Positions 8,826 through 17,250 of a DNA stretch of 32,000 bases are shown here, one piece after another (position 1 is the first letter of the stretch; each line of letters begins with the position of its first letter). A program made the translations under genes and the position numbers. The stretch spans positions 360,001 through 392,000 of the forward strand of contig JAWLBH010000001.1 of NCBI GenBank assembly GCA_041395025.1, given 5' to 3'. This DNA is from Chlamydiales bacterium. Its GTDB lineage: Bacteria; Chlamydiota; Chlamydiia; Chlamydiales; JAAKFR01. A model generated the notes under the pieces. The model was given only the letters and a program-made list of their open reading frames with translations. It was not told the origin of the DNA and did not search any database.

Positions 8826-8855
8826 TAGACATTAACAGATGAAATACTATATATA
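8826..8855 (+). promoter_or_regulatory. Candidate sigma-70/66-type promoter for nrdAB
   Basis: TAGACA (8826-8831; 5/6 to TTGACA) is followed after 16-18 nt by TATATA (8848-8853 or 8850-8855). That hexamer lies inside NrdR-like box 1. This is pattern match only in AT-rich DNA. Confidence 0.25.
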
Positions 8856-8859
8856 GTAC
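8844..8859. promoter_or_regulatory. NrdR-box-like operator 1
   Basis: ATACTATATATAGTAC contains a perfect 14-bp palindrome, TACTATATATAGTA (8845-8858). It matches the core of the published NrdR box consensus acaCwAtATaTwGtgt at 13 of 16 positions. It lies 99-114 nt upstream of the nrdA ATG. Confidence 0.6.
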
Positions 8860-8875
8860 TCTATACGGATAGATG

Positions 8876-8891
8876 ATACAACCCATTGTAT
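8876..8891. promoter_or_regulatory. NrdR-box-like operator 2
   Basis: ATACAACCCATTGTAT has 6-bp inverted arms ATACAA/TTGTAT around a non-consensus centre. It starts exactly 32 bp after box 1, which is about 3 helical turns, the typical tandem NrdR-box spacing. Confidence 0.45.
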
Positions 8892-8957
8892 TTTTCCAGA
8901 TTTAAACAACAGATTTTTTGCAAGCACAATTTTCCAAAAAAGAGAGTAAAAAAACCT

Positions 8958-11900
8958 ATGAAAGAAGATCAAGGTACAACAATACTTGCATCCAAAACAG
9001 ATGAGATAGAACCCACATTTGATGAAATAGCAAAAAAAATGCAAACGATGAAATTAGATGGATACACAATTGTTAAGCGTAATGGACTCATTGTGCCCTT
9101 GCGTTGTGATCGCATTTTACATGCTCTTGAAGCAGCCTTTCGTGACACAAAAAGTATTATGCCATCTGAACCACTTAACTCGGAAATTCGAGAAACAGTT
9201 GCACAAATTACCCATCTAATCATTGAAGAAATCCTTTCAATGACTTCACTTGGTACTCTTTTAACAGTCGAAGGAATCCAGGATATTGTTGAAATTAAGT
9301 TGATGGAAACAGGTCATCATGATGTGGCACGCGACTACATTGTGTATCGTGATAAACACAAAAAACTCAGAAAAGATTCTCCTCGTAACTTAAAAATTGT
9401 ACGACGTGATGGGATTTCATTTGCTCGCTTTAACCCAATGAAAATTGCTTCTGCAATTGAAAGAGGATTTCGTGATACCTTCAAAGTGATTGGACCAACA
9501 TCCAGTGAACTAATTAATACAGTGAATGTTATCACAAATAAAATCGTTGCTTTTGCTATAGAAGAAGCGAAAAAAGAAACAATTCTAACGATTGAAATAA
9601 TTCAAGATACGATTGAGCGCACCCTGATGGAGGAAGGTTATTATCAAGTAGCAAAAGATTTTATTCTATATCGAGCTCAAAAAACCTCTCAAAGAGAGCA
9701 GGAGAAAGAAGAAGAGAGATTCTGGCCAGAAAGAGAAGAAGCTATTGAAGAAGAGACGCAATTTTTTACAGTATTGAGAAAAGATGGTTCTCATTACAAA
9801 TTAAGTGTAAACCAGCTACGTAGGACTATTACTTATGCATGTCAGGGTTATGAAGAAGTTGTATCTATTGACCAGCTAGTTAATGAAGCAGTCAAAAATT
9901 TTTACGATGGAATTAAAGACTACGAGGTGGATTTAGCTAATATCATGGCAGCGCGTGCTAAAATTGAAGTTGAGCCAGCTTACACCTATGTAGCTGCCAA
10001 TCTTCTCCTTAATGTCCTCTATCGTGAGACAATTGGAGTAGAAGCTACTCACCCAAATCTGAAAAATCTCTACAAACAATATTTCAAAAACTATTTTCGT
10101 TTAGCTGTTTCTTATGATCGTCTTCATCCTTCTCTTTTAAGTTTTGATCTTGATAAACTCGCTGAAGCAATGATTCAAGACCGCGATAAAAATTTTACAT
10201 ATCTTGGCTTACAAACACTTTACGATAGATATTTTATTCACTATCAAGACCGTCGGATGGAAACACCTCAAATTTTATGGATGCGTGTGGCAATGGGATT
10301 AGCAATGCATGAAAAAAAAGAAAAGGAGAAATGGGCAATTGAGTTTTACCACACTCTTTCTCGCTTTCTTTATGTATCAGCAACTCCAACACTTTTTAAC
10401 TCTGGAACAAACCATTCTCAACTTAGTTCCTGCTATCTTTCTACCGTGATGGATGATTTATCCAATATTTATAAAGTCATTTCTGATGATGCACAACTAT
10501 CAAAGTGGGCAGGAGGTCTCGGAAATGATTGGACGAATGTAAGAGCAACAGGCTCTATGATCAAAGGAACAAATGGACGTAGTCAAGGGGTGATTCCATT
10601 TTTAAAAGTGGCAAACGATACAGCTGTAGCAGTTAATCAGGGAGGAAAAAGAAAAGGAGCCATGTGTGCTTATCTTGAGACATGGCATCTTGATATTGAA
10701 GACTTCTTAGATCTTCGAAAAAACACTGGAGATGAACGTCGACGTACACATGATATGAATACAGCAAATTGGATCCCAGATCTTTTTATGAAGCGTGTTA
10801 AACACAATGAAATGTGGACTCTTTTCTCACCAAATGATGTTCCTGATCTTCATGATTTATACGGTCAAGCGTTTGAAAAGCGTTATTGTGAATATGAAAA
10901 AATGACTGAAACTGGAGCGATTAAACTGTTTAAAAAAGTAGATGCATTAAAAATGTGGCGTAAGATGCTAGGTATGCTCTATGAAACTGGCCATCCTTGG
11001 ATCACATTTAAAGATCCTTCAAATATTCGTTCTCCTCAAGATCATGTGGGTGTGGTACATAGTTCTAATTTATGTACGGAGATTTTACTAAATACCTCTT
11101 TAGAAGAAACAGCTGTTTGTAATCTTGGTTCAATTAATCTACCAGGACATCTCAAAAATGGGCAAATCGATTCTTCCTTACTTGCATCTACAATTCGTAT
11201 AGCTATCCGCATGCTTGATAACGTTATTGACCTGAATTTCTATCCAATCAAAGAAGCGAAACGTGCTAATCTACGTCATCGAGCCATTGGTCTAGGAATG
11301 ATGGGTTTTCAAGATGCACTGTATGAACTTGGAATCAGTTATGCGAGCCATGAAGCAGTCGAATTTGCTGATAAGAGCATGGAGATGATTTCTTACTATG
11401 CGATTTTAGCCTCCAGTGAACTTGCAAAAGAACGAGGGGTCTATTCCAGTTATAAAGGATCAAAATGGGATCGAGGAATTTTACCAATTGATTCAATTCA
11501 ACTACTCATAAAAATACGAGGAGAAGAGGATTGTAAAATAGATACTTCATCTTCTCTTGATTGGAGTCCAGTACGTGCATCAATCAAAAAATATGGAATG
11601 CGCAATTGTAATTGTATGGCAATTGCACCCACTGCAACCATTTCAAATATTATTGGGATTACCCAATCGATTGAGCCGATGTATAAACACTTATTTGTTA
11701 AATCCAACCTATCAGGTGAGTTCACGATTCTCAATCCTTATCTAGTAAAAAAACTAAAAGAAATGAATTTATGGGATACAGAGATGATCGATGATCTAAA
11801 ATATTTTGATGGCTCAATTTCAGAGATTGATCGAATTCCTGGCTCGATTAAAACGCTCTTTCCTACGGCATTTGAAGTAGATCCTGATTGGCTCATTGAG

Positions 11901-12200
11901 TGTGCTAGTCGTCGTCAAAAATGGATTGATATGGGACAATCGCTTAATCTTTATCTAGCTGAACCGATGGGGAAAAAGCTTAACGATATGTTTTTAACAG
12001 CCTGGAAAAAAGGATTGAAAACCACCTACTATCTCAGGTCATTGGGTGCAACACATATTGAAAAATCTACGACTGACATTAATAAACGTGGACTTCAGCC
12101 TCGATGGATGAAAAATGAATCTGCATCAAGTCGAGTCGTAATTAATCGTGAAATCCGAGAGTCTTGCGACCTCGATGGGTCTTGTGAAAGTTGCCAATAG
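8958..12200 (+). CDS. nrdA: Ribonucleoside-diphosphate reductase alpha subunit (R1) with three N-terminal ATP-cone domains
   Basis: Class I R1 core motifs are present (TPTLFNSGT, SSCYL, SNLCTEI, CNLGSINL, GLGMMGF) together with a C-terminal Cys pair (CESCQ). Three ATP-cone starts are visible: YTIVKRNG, LKIVRRDG and FTVLRKDG. The ORF opens at TTG 8886, but that codon lies inside operator box 2. ATG 8958 (MKEDQG...) is preferred. Confidence 0.95.
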   Translation: MKEDQGTTILASKTDEIEPTFDEIAKKMQTMKLDGYTIVKRNGLIVPLRCDRILHALEAAFRDTKSIMPSEPLNSEIRETVAQITHLIIEEILSMTSLGTLLTVEGIQDIVEIKLMETGHHDVARDYIVYRDKHKKLRKDSPRNLKIVRRDGISFARFNPMKIASAIERGFRDTFKVIGPTSSELINTVNVITNKIVAFAIEEAKKETILTIEIIQDTIERTLMEEGYYQVAKDFILYRAQKTSQREQEKEEERFWPEREEAIEEETQFFTVLRKDGSHYKLSVNQLRRTITYACQGYEEVVSIDQLVNEAVKNFYDGIKDYEVDLANIMAARAKIEVEPAYTYVAANLLLNVLYRETIGVEATHPNLKNLYKQYFKNYFRLAVSYDRLHPSLLSFDLDKLAEAMIQDRDKNFTYLGLQTLYDRYFIHYQDRRMETPQILWMRVAMGLAMHEKKEKEKWAIEFYHTLSRFLYVSATPTLFNSGTNHSQLSSCYLSTVMDDLSNIYKVISDDAQLSKWAGGLGNDWTNVRATGSMIKGTNGRSQGVIPFLKVANDTAVAVNQGGKRKGAMCAYLETWHLDIEDFLDLRKNTGDERRRTHDMNTANWIPDLFMKRVKHNEMWTLFSPNDVPDLHDLYGQAFEKRYCEYEKMTETGAIKLFKKVDALKMWRKMLGMLYETGHPWITFKDPSNIRSPQDHVGVVHSSNLCTEILLNTSLEETAVCNLGSINLPGHLKNGQIDSSLLASTIRIAIRMLDNVIDLNFYPIKEAKRANLRHRAIGLGMMGFQDALYELGISYASHEAVEFADKSMEMISYYAILASSELAKERGVYSSYKGSKWDRGILPIDSIQLLIKIRGEEDCKIDTSSSLDWSPVRASIKKYGMRNCNCMAIAPTATISNIIGITQSIEPMYKHLFVKSNLSGEFTILNPYLVKKLKEMNLWDTEMIDDLKYFDGSISEIDRIPGSIKTLFPTAFEVDPDWLIECASRRQKWIDMGQSLNLYLAEPMGKKLNDMFLTAWKKGLKTTYYLRSLGATHIEKSTTDINKRGLQPRWMKNESASSRVVINREIRESCDLDGSCESCQ

Positions 12201-12222
12201 TATATTTTAGGAGAAATATTCA

Positions 12223-13272
12223 ATGTCAATATTAAAAAAAGAGATCGAATTCGGCAAAAAAATGCGAGTGGATGTGAAAAAGAAACGCCTGATCAATTGT
12301 GATACAGTGGATGTGAATCAATTGATGCCATTGAAATACAAATGGGCGTGGGAGCATTATCTTAACGGTTGTGCAAATAATTGGTTGCCTACAGAAGTAC
12401 CAATGGCGAAAGATATTGAGCTTTGGAAAGCTAATGATTTTTCACAAGATGAGCGCCATGTGATTATGCGGAATCTTGGTTTTTTCAGTACTGCTGAAAG
12501 TCTTGTAGGTAACAACATTGTCCTTGCAATCTTTAGGCAGATTACTAATCCTGAGGTTAGGCAATACCTTCTACGTCAAGCTTTTGAAGAAGCAGTTCAT
12601 ACGCATACTTTCCATTATATCTGTGAGTCCCTTAATCTTGATGAGGGAGAGGTATTTAATATGTATAATGAGATCCCTGTGATAAAAGAAAAAGATGCTT
12701 TTCAAATGAAGTTAACAGCTGATATTTTAGATGCAGGATTTACTACGCATACTTACCAAGGAGCCCAAAAATTTCTCGAAAATCTCATTGGATATTATCT
12801 CATCATGGAAGGAATATTTTTCTATAGTGGTTTTGTCATGATTCTTTCTTTTCATCGACAAAATAAGATGACCGGTATTGGAGAGCAGTATCAATATATC
12901 CTAAGAGATGAAACCATTCACTTAAATTTTGGAATTGACTTGATTAATGGTATCAAAGAAGAAAATCCTGATATTTGGACGATAGATTTCCAAAAATGCA
13001 TTATTAAGATGATTGAAGATGCCGTTGAACTTGAAATTGCCTATGCAGAAGAATGTTTACCAAATGGGATTTTAGGATTATCTGCACATATGTTTCGTGA
13101 CTATGTCCAATACATTGCTGACCGTCGGCTAGAACGTATTGGTTTAAAAGCTCTCTATGGTTCAAAAACACCCTTTCCTTGGATGAGTGAAACTATTGAT
13201 CTCAATAAAGAAAAAAACTTTTTTGAAACACGTGTGACTGAATATCAAACAGCTGGAAATCTTATTTGGTAA
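12223..13272 (+). CDS. nrdB: Ribonucleoside-diphosphate reductase beta subunit (R2), class Ic type (Phe at the radical-Tyr position)
   Basis: 349 aa, with AGGAG at 12209-12213. Metal-ligand motifs are STAESLV (Glu92) and EEAVHTHTF (Glu123, His126, Phe130). Later ExxH-type motifs are also present ([19 protein letters not shown]). A C-terminal EYQ tail is present. Confidence 0.95.
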   Translation: MSILKKEIEFGKKMRVDVKKKRLINCDTVDVNQLMPLKYKWAWEHYLNGCANNWLPTEVPMAKDIELWKANDFSQDERHVIMRNLGFFSTAESLVGNNIVLAIFRQITNPEVRQYLLRQAFEEAVHTHTFHYICESLNLDEGEVFNMYNEIPVIKEKDAFQMKLTADILDAGFTTHTYQGAQKFLENLIGYYLIMEGIFFYSGFVMILSFHRQNKMTGIGEQYQYILRDETIHLNFGIDLINGIKEENPDIWTIDFQKCIIKMIEDAVELEIAYAEECLPNGILGLSAHMFRDYVQYIADRRLERIGLKALYGSKTPFPWMSETIDLNKEKNFFETRVTEYQTAGNLIW

Positions 13273-13367
13273 AATTTACCAAAAAGCTCAATGTGAATCT
13301 TTTCAGAATCGAAGTTAATAACTTAAATATTAGAAAGAGATATTCCAAGTTATTTTCTATCTATTTG

Positions 13368-13868
13368 TTATCTAAGAGTAGGATTGAACCACCAAACCCC
13401 AAGATTAAGAGAAAATGCATAGATAACCCATAGAAGGTATGGAAATAATAACAGGCTTGCTGATCGACAAATACGAAAAAACCAAACTATCATTATAGTG
13501 ATTAGGAGAATAAGAAACCCTAAATCAATCAGTGCCCATCCGATCATATGCAAACCAAAGAATACATATGACCAAAGACCATTGATAAAAAGTTGTAGAA
13601 AAAACAAAAAATAAGCCAAACGATATTGAACACCTTTTGCATTGAGTCGATAGACCATCGATATAGCTAATGCCATCATCAAGTAGAGTATAGTCCAGAT
13701 GGGTCCAAATATCCAATTAGGTGGTGTCCAAGATCCTTTACAAAGATTATCATACCAAGGATGAATAGATGTAACTGTAATTTTTCCTGAAAAAAACTGC
13801 ACACAAACAACTGGTAAATACCAAATCAAAAAAGAAATAAATCGAGAATTCTGCTTTGTTCTAAACAT
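13368..13868 (-). CDS. tspO: TspO/MBR family tryptophan-rich sensory protein
   Basis: 166 aa with 5 TM helices. Family-diagnostic stretches are WYDNLCKGSWTPPNWIFGPIWTILYLMM, NGLWSYVFFG and LFPYLLWVIYAFSLNLGVWWFN. Confidence 0.9.
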   Translation of the reverse strand: MFRTKQNSRFISFLIWYLPVVCVQFFSGKITVTSIHPWYDNLCKGSWTPPNWIFGPIWTILYLMMALAISMVYRLNAKGVQYRLAYFLFFLQLFINGLWSYVFFGLHMIGWALIDLGFLILLITIMIVWFFRICRSASLLLFPYLLWVIYAFSLNLGVWWFNPTLR

Positions 13869-14066
13869 ACCCTATAAATGTTGTAGTGAATAAAAATCAC
13901 TCTATTTAGAATTTTTTAACAACTCTTTTTTTTAGATCAATCATATAAATACTCAATACATAAGAAAGAAATACAAACCTCTAATCTGGTTAAAGATGAA
14001 GTAGAAAACATGGAAAAAAAACCTCTTCTAGTATAGTTTTGATTCTTTTTACTATGAATCTAGTTT

Positions 14067-17006
14067 ATGTCTAAAAGCGTTTCGAAAAAAATATATGGAA
14101 ATTTTGTTGTGACTCGTCTCTCAGAGATTGAGGAAATTCAAACGACACTAATCGAACTCGAACACCTTCCAACAGGTGCACAGATCATTAAACTCTTGAA
14201 TGGAGATCAAGAAAACCTATTTAATCTTTCATTTCGCACATGGCCAACTAGCTCAAATGGTGTTGCTCATATCCTCGAGCATATTATTCTTTGTGGCTCA
14301 GAAAATTTTCCTGTGCGTGATCCATTCTTCTCAATGCATCGACGTAGTCTCAATACATTTATGAATGCTTTAACTGGTGGAGATTTTACATGCTATCCAG
14401 CTGCTTCTCAAATAGAAAAAGACTTCTTTAATTTACTAAGAGTCTATCTAGATGCAGTCTTTAAACCAAAGCTGACAAAACTCAGCTTTCTTCAAGAGGG
14501 ACATCGTATTGAATTTTCACATCCAAATGATGTGAATTCCCCTCTTCTTTTCAAAGGTATTGTTTACAATGAAATGAAAGGAGCTATGGCTACTGGAGAA
14601 GCACGTCTTGGAGAAAGTTTGATGGAAGCGTTATTTCCTGATCTAACCTATCACTTCAATTCAGGAGGCGATCCGAAAATCATTCCATCATTAACCTATG
14701 AAGAATTAAAAGCTTTTCACACAAAATTTTATCATCCTAGTCGTTGCTTATTTTATTTTTATGGGAATATTTCCTTAGAAAAACATCTTGAATTCTTGGA
14801 AAAATATGCATTCAAAGGGGTTAAAAAAACTCCTTCTCTTCCCCCTTTACCTAAACAGCCTCGTTTTCAAAAAAGCATTAAAAAAACACTCACTTATCCA
14901 ATATCAGAAGCTGAGGAAACCACTGACAAAATGCTTCTAGGCTTTTCATGGCTTACCTGTGGAATTTTGGATCAATTAGAATTGCTCGCTCTATGTACTC
15001 TAGATATCATTTTAATGGGCAGTGATGCAGCTCCATTGAAAGCTGCCTTGCTTAAATCGAATCTTTGCAAACAAGCCTCTTCAATGATGAGTACAGAAAT
15101 GAGTGAAATTCCCTTCACAATTATCTGTAAAGGATGTCATGTTGAAAATGGTGAATTGATTGAACAAATTATTTCTAGCACTCTACAGAGTCTCATAAAA
15201 ACAGAAATTTCAAATCAATTAATCGATGGAGCGATCCATCAAATTGAAATGACACGGATGGAAATTACAGGAGGCTCTTCTCCTTATGGTCTTGATCTGT
15301 ATTTTCGTTCTGCTTTACTGAAACAGCACGGAGGAGACCCTGCAGATGGGTTACAAATCCATACGCTCTTCACTCATTTGAGAGAAAAAGTCAAACATCC
15401 TTCATATTTACCCGAATTAATCAAAAAACATTTTTTATTCAATCCCCATCATGTACGAATTACCATGATTCCTGAACCTAATCTTGCAACTCAGGAAATG
15501 CAAGAAGAACAAAATCGTTTAAATAAAATTTACGACTCATTAAAAAAAGAACAGATCTCAGCAATCCTTGAGCAGACTAAAAATTTAGAAAAAGCTCAAG
15601 AGGAATCAGAAAATCTGCATCTGTTACCAAAAATTACTCTGGATGATGTAGCTCGCTATGGAAAAGAATTCTTTCTTGAATCAGAAAAAATAGGTCAATT
15701 TGACCTACATTATCATCCTTGTTTTACGAACGATATTTTATATGCAGATCTTTTCCTAGACCTTCCAGAAATTGTTGAAAATGACCTCCCCTTACTCCGA
15801 CTTTTTTCAGTGATCCTTCCTGAAGTAGGGTGTGGAAAAAATAGCTATCGTGAACATTTAGAATTTCTACTCGAGCATACTGGAGGAATCCATGTTTCAC
15901 TTGATCTAGGAATTCAAGGGGATGAGTCAGAAAAACTCCGGCCATCTTTGATTATTTCGGGAAAAGCTCTCTATCGAAAGATAGATAAATTTTTCTCCAT
16001 TTTTGGAGAGATATTAACAAAGGCAAATTTTAAAGATATTCCTCGGATTCAAGATTTATTAACACAACATTTTCTAGAAGTTGAAAATAGTATTCAGCAT
16101 CATCCTCTACGTTATGCAATCCATTTGGCATCAAGAGGAAGTTCTGTTCCATCAACAATTGCAAATGCTTGGTATGGAATTGATTATTATTATGCACTGA
16201 AAAATATAATGGAATTATTTCATCGAGATCCTGGATTACTTATTGAAAAACTCGAGAGACTGCAAAATCTTTGTCTCAACCTCTCTGGTGGTGACCTAGT
16301 ATTAACTTGTAGTGAAGAAATGGTGAAAAAATTAAAAAAAGAACAATTTTATGGATTGAGCAAAATTCCTTCAAGACCCTCCTCTCAATGGAAAGAAAAT
16401 TATCTCATCAAACCCACCAAGTCACAAGGAAGAATGATTTCATCTCCAGTAGCATTCACAACCTTGTTTCTTAAATCTCTCTATTATACCCATCCTCATG
16501 CCCCTGCTCTTAGTCTAGCCTCAGAGATTATGGAAAACAAAATATTGCATAAGCGGATACGTGAACAAGGAGGAGCTTATGGAGCAGGTGCAGTAAATAA
16601 GACTCTGTTGCAACAATTTTACTTTTATTCCTATCGAGACCCACATTTAAAAAAGTCTATCGATGCTTTTCATGAAGCTACTCATATGGTGGTCTCTGGC
16701 AAGTTTGAAACTAGTGATATTGAAGAAGCAAAACTAGTTCTCTTTCAAGAACTCGATGCTCCAATTCCTCCTGGAGAACGTGCTGTGACTGCGTATAGTC
16801 ATTTAAGAGGAAATCGTTCTCCAAAAGTACGACAGCTCTTTCGAGAACGTCTTCTTAAATTATCTAAGAAAGAGATTACCCTTGCTATAAGAGATCATAT
16901 AGCTGTTAACCTTAAAGAAGGGATTATTGTTTCTTTTGCATCTAAAAATCTCCTTGAAAAAGAAAATTCTCTCTTAGAACATCCATTGGATCTTTATAAA
17001 ATTTAA
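14067..17006 (+). CDS. M16C (pitrilysin-family) zinc metallopeptidase, presequence-protease (PreP)-like
   Basis: 979 aa. It has the inverted zinc motif HILEHIILCGS (HxxEH) followed by FPVRDPFF and NALTGGDFTCYP. Length and N-terminal block resemble organellar PreP/Cym1-type enzymes. Confidence 0.85.
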   Translation: MSKSVSKKIYGNFVVTRLSEIEEIQTTLIELEHLPTGAQIIKLLNGDQENLFNLSFRTWPTSSNGVAHILEHIILCGSENFPVRDPFFSMHRRSLNTFMNALTGGDFTCYPAASQIEKDFFNLLRVYLDAVFKPKLTKLSFLQEGHRIEFSHPNDVNSPLLFKGIVYNEMKGAMATGEARLGESLMEALFPDLTYHFNSGGDPKIIPSLTYEELKAFHTKFYHPSRCLFYFYGNISLEKHLEFLEKYAFKGVKKTPSLPPLPKQPRFQKSIKKTLTYPISEAEETTDKMLLGFSWLTCGILDQLELLALCTLDIILMGSDAAPLKAALLKSNLCKQASSMMSTEMSEIPFTIICKGCHVENGELIEQIISSTLQSLIKTEISNQLIDGAIHQIEMTRMEITGGSSPYGLDLYFRSALLKQHGGDPADGLQIHTLFTHLREKVKHPSYLPELIKKHFLFNPHHVRITMIPEPNLATQEMQEEQNRLNKIYDSLKKEQISAILEQTKNLEKAQEESENLHLLPKITLDDVARYGKEFFLESEKIGQFDLHYHPCFTNDILYADLFLDLPEIVENDLPLLRLFSVILPEVGCGKNSYREHLEFLLEHTGGIHVSLDLGIQGDESEKLRPSLIISGKALYRKIDKFFSIFGEILTKANFKDIPRIQDLLTQHFLEVENSIQHHPLRYAIHLASRGSSVPSTIANAWYGIDYYYALKNIMELFHRDPGLLIEKLERLQNLCLNLSGGDLVLTCSEEMVKKLKKEQFYGLSKIPSRPSSQWKENYLIKPTKSQGRMISSPVAFTTLFLKSLYYTHPHAPALSLASEIMENKILHKRIREQGGAYGAGAVNKTLLQQFYFYSYRDPHLKKSIDAFHEATHMVVSGKFETSDIEEAKLVLFQELDAPIPPGERAVTAYSHLRGNRSPKVRQLFRERLLKLSKKEITLAIRDHIAVNLKEGIIVSFASKNLLEKENSLLEHPLDLYKI

Positions 17007-17250
17007 TCATCGTGACTTGGAATGAAATAATTAGATTTTCTTTTTCTGATTCTAGAGTTGAATACTTTCAATCTTTATTTCTAAGAAATCAGAGTCTAAA
17101 AATCTTCCTGAATCTAATTTAAGGATAAATTTCCTTCCTTTCAAAAAGAAAAATCGGCAATATAGAAAGCTAAAAATGAAGATTGTTTTCATCACGATCT
17201 AATCAATCGAGAAGTAATCTTCTAAAAAAGTTAAGTTATTTTATTAGTTA

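Noticed and set aside
8886-8957. TTG-initiated 24-codon N-terminal extension of nrdA, as drawn in the ORF track (MYFSRFKQQIFCKHNFPKKRVKKP...)
   Set aside because: The TTG lies inside the second NrdR-box-like palindrome (8876-8891). The extension is compositionally AT-driven (F/K/N-rich) and has no R1 homology. ATG 8958 is preceded by a purine-rich stretch (aaaaaagagag). The preferred start is 8958.
13266-13282. Palindrome TTGGTAAA-A-TTTACCAA spanning the nrdB stop codon, considered as a terminator
   Set aside because: The 1-nt centre forces a much shorter effective stem. No U-tract follows on either strand, and half of it is coding. There is not enough evidence for a terminator call.
17007-17250. 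Possible sRNA or terminator in the 244-bp M16-M20 spacer (short hairpins AAGGA-taaatt-TCCTT and GAAG-taat-CTTC; 7-nt inverted match atcgtga/tcacgat ~180 nt apart)
   Set aside because: The stems are 4-5 bp with no flanking U-tracts, and the distant 7-mer match is expected by chance. Nothing is supportable without transcript data.
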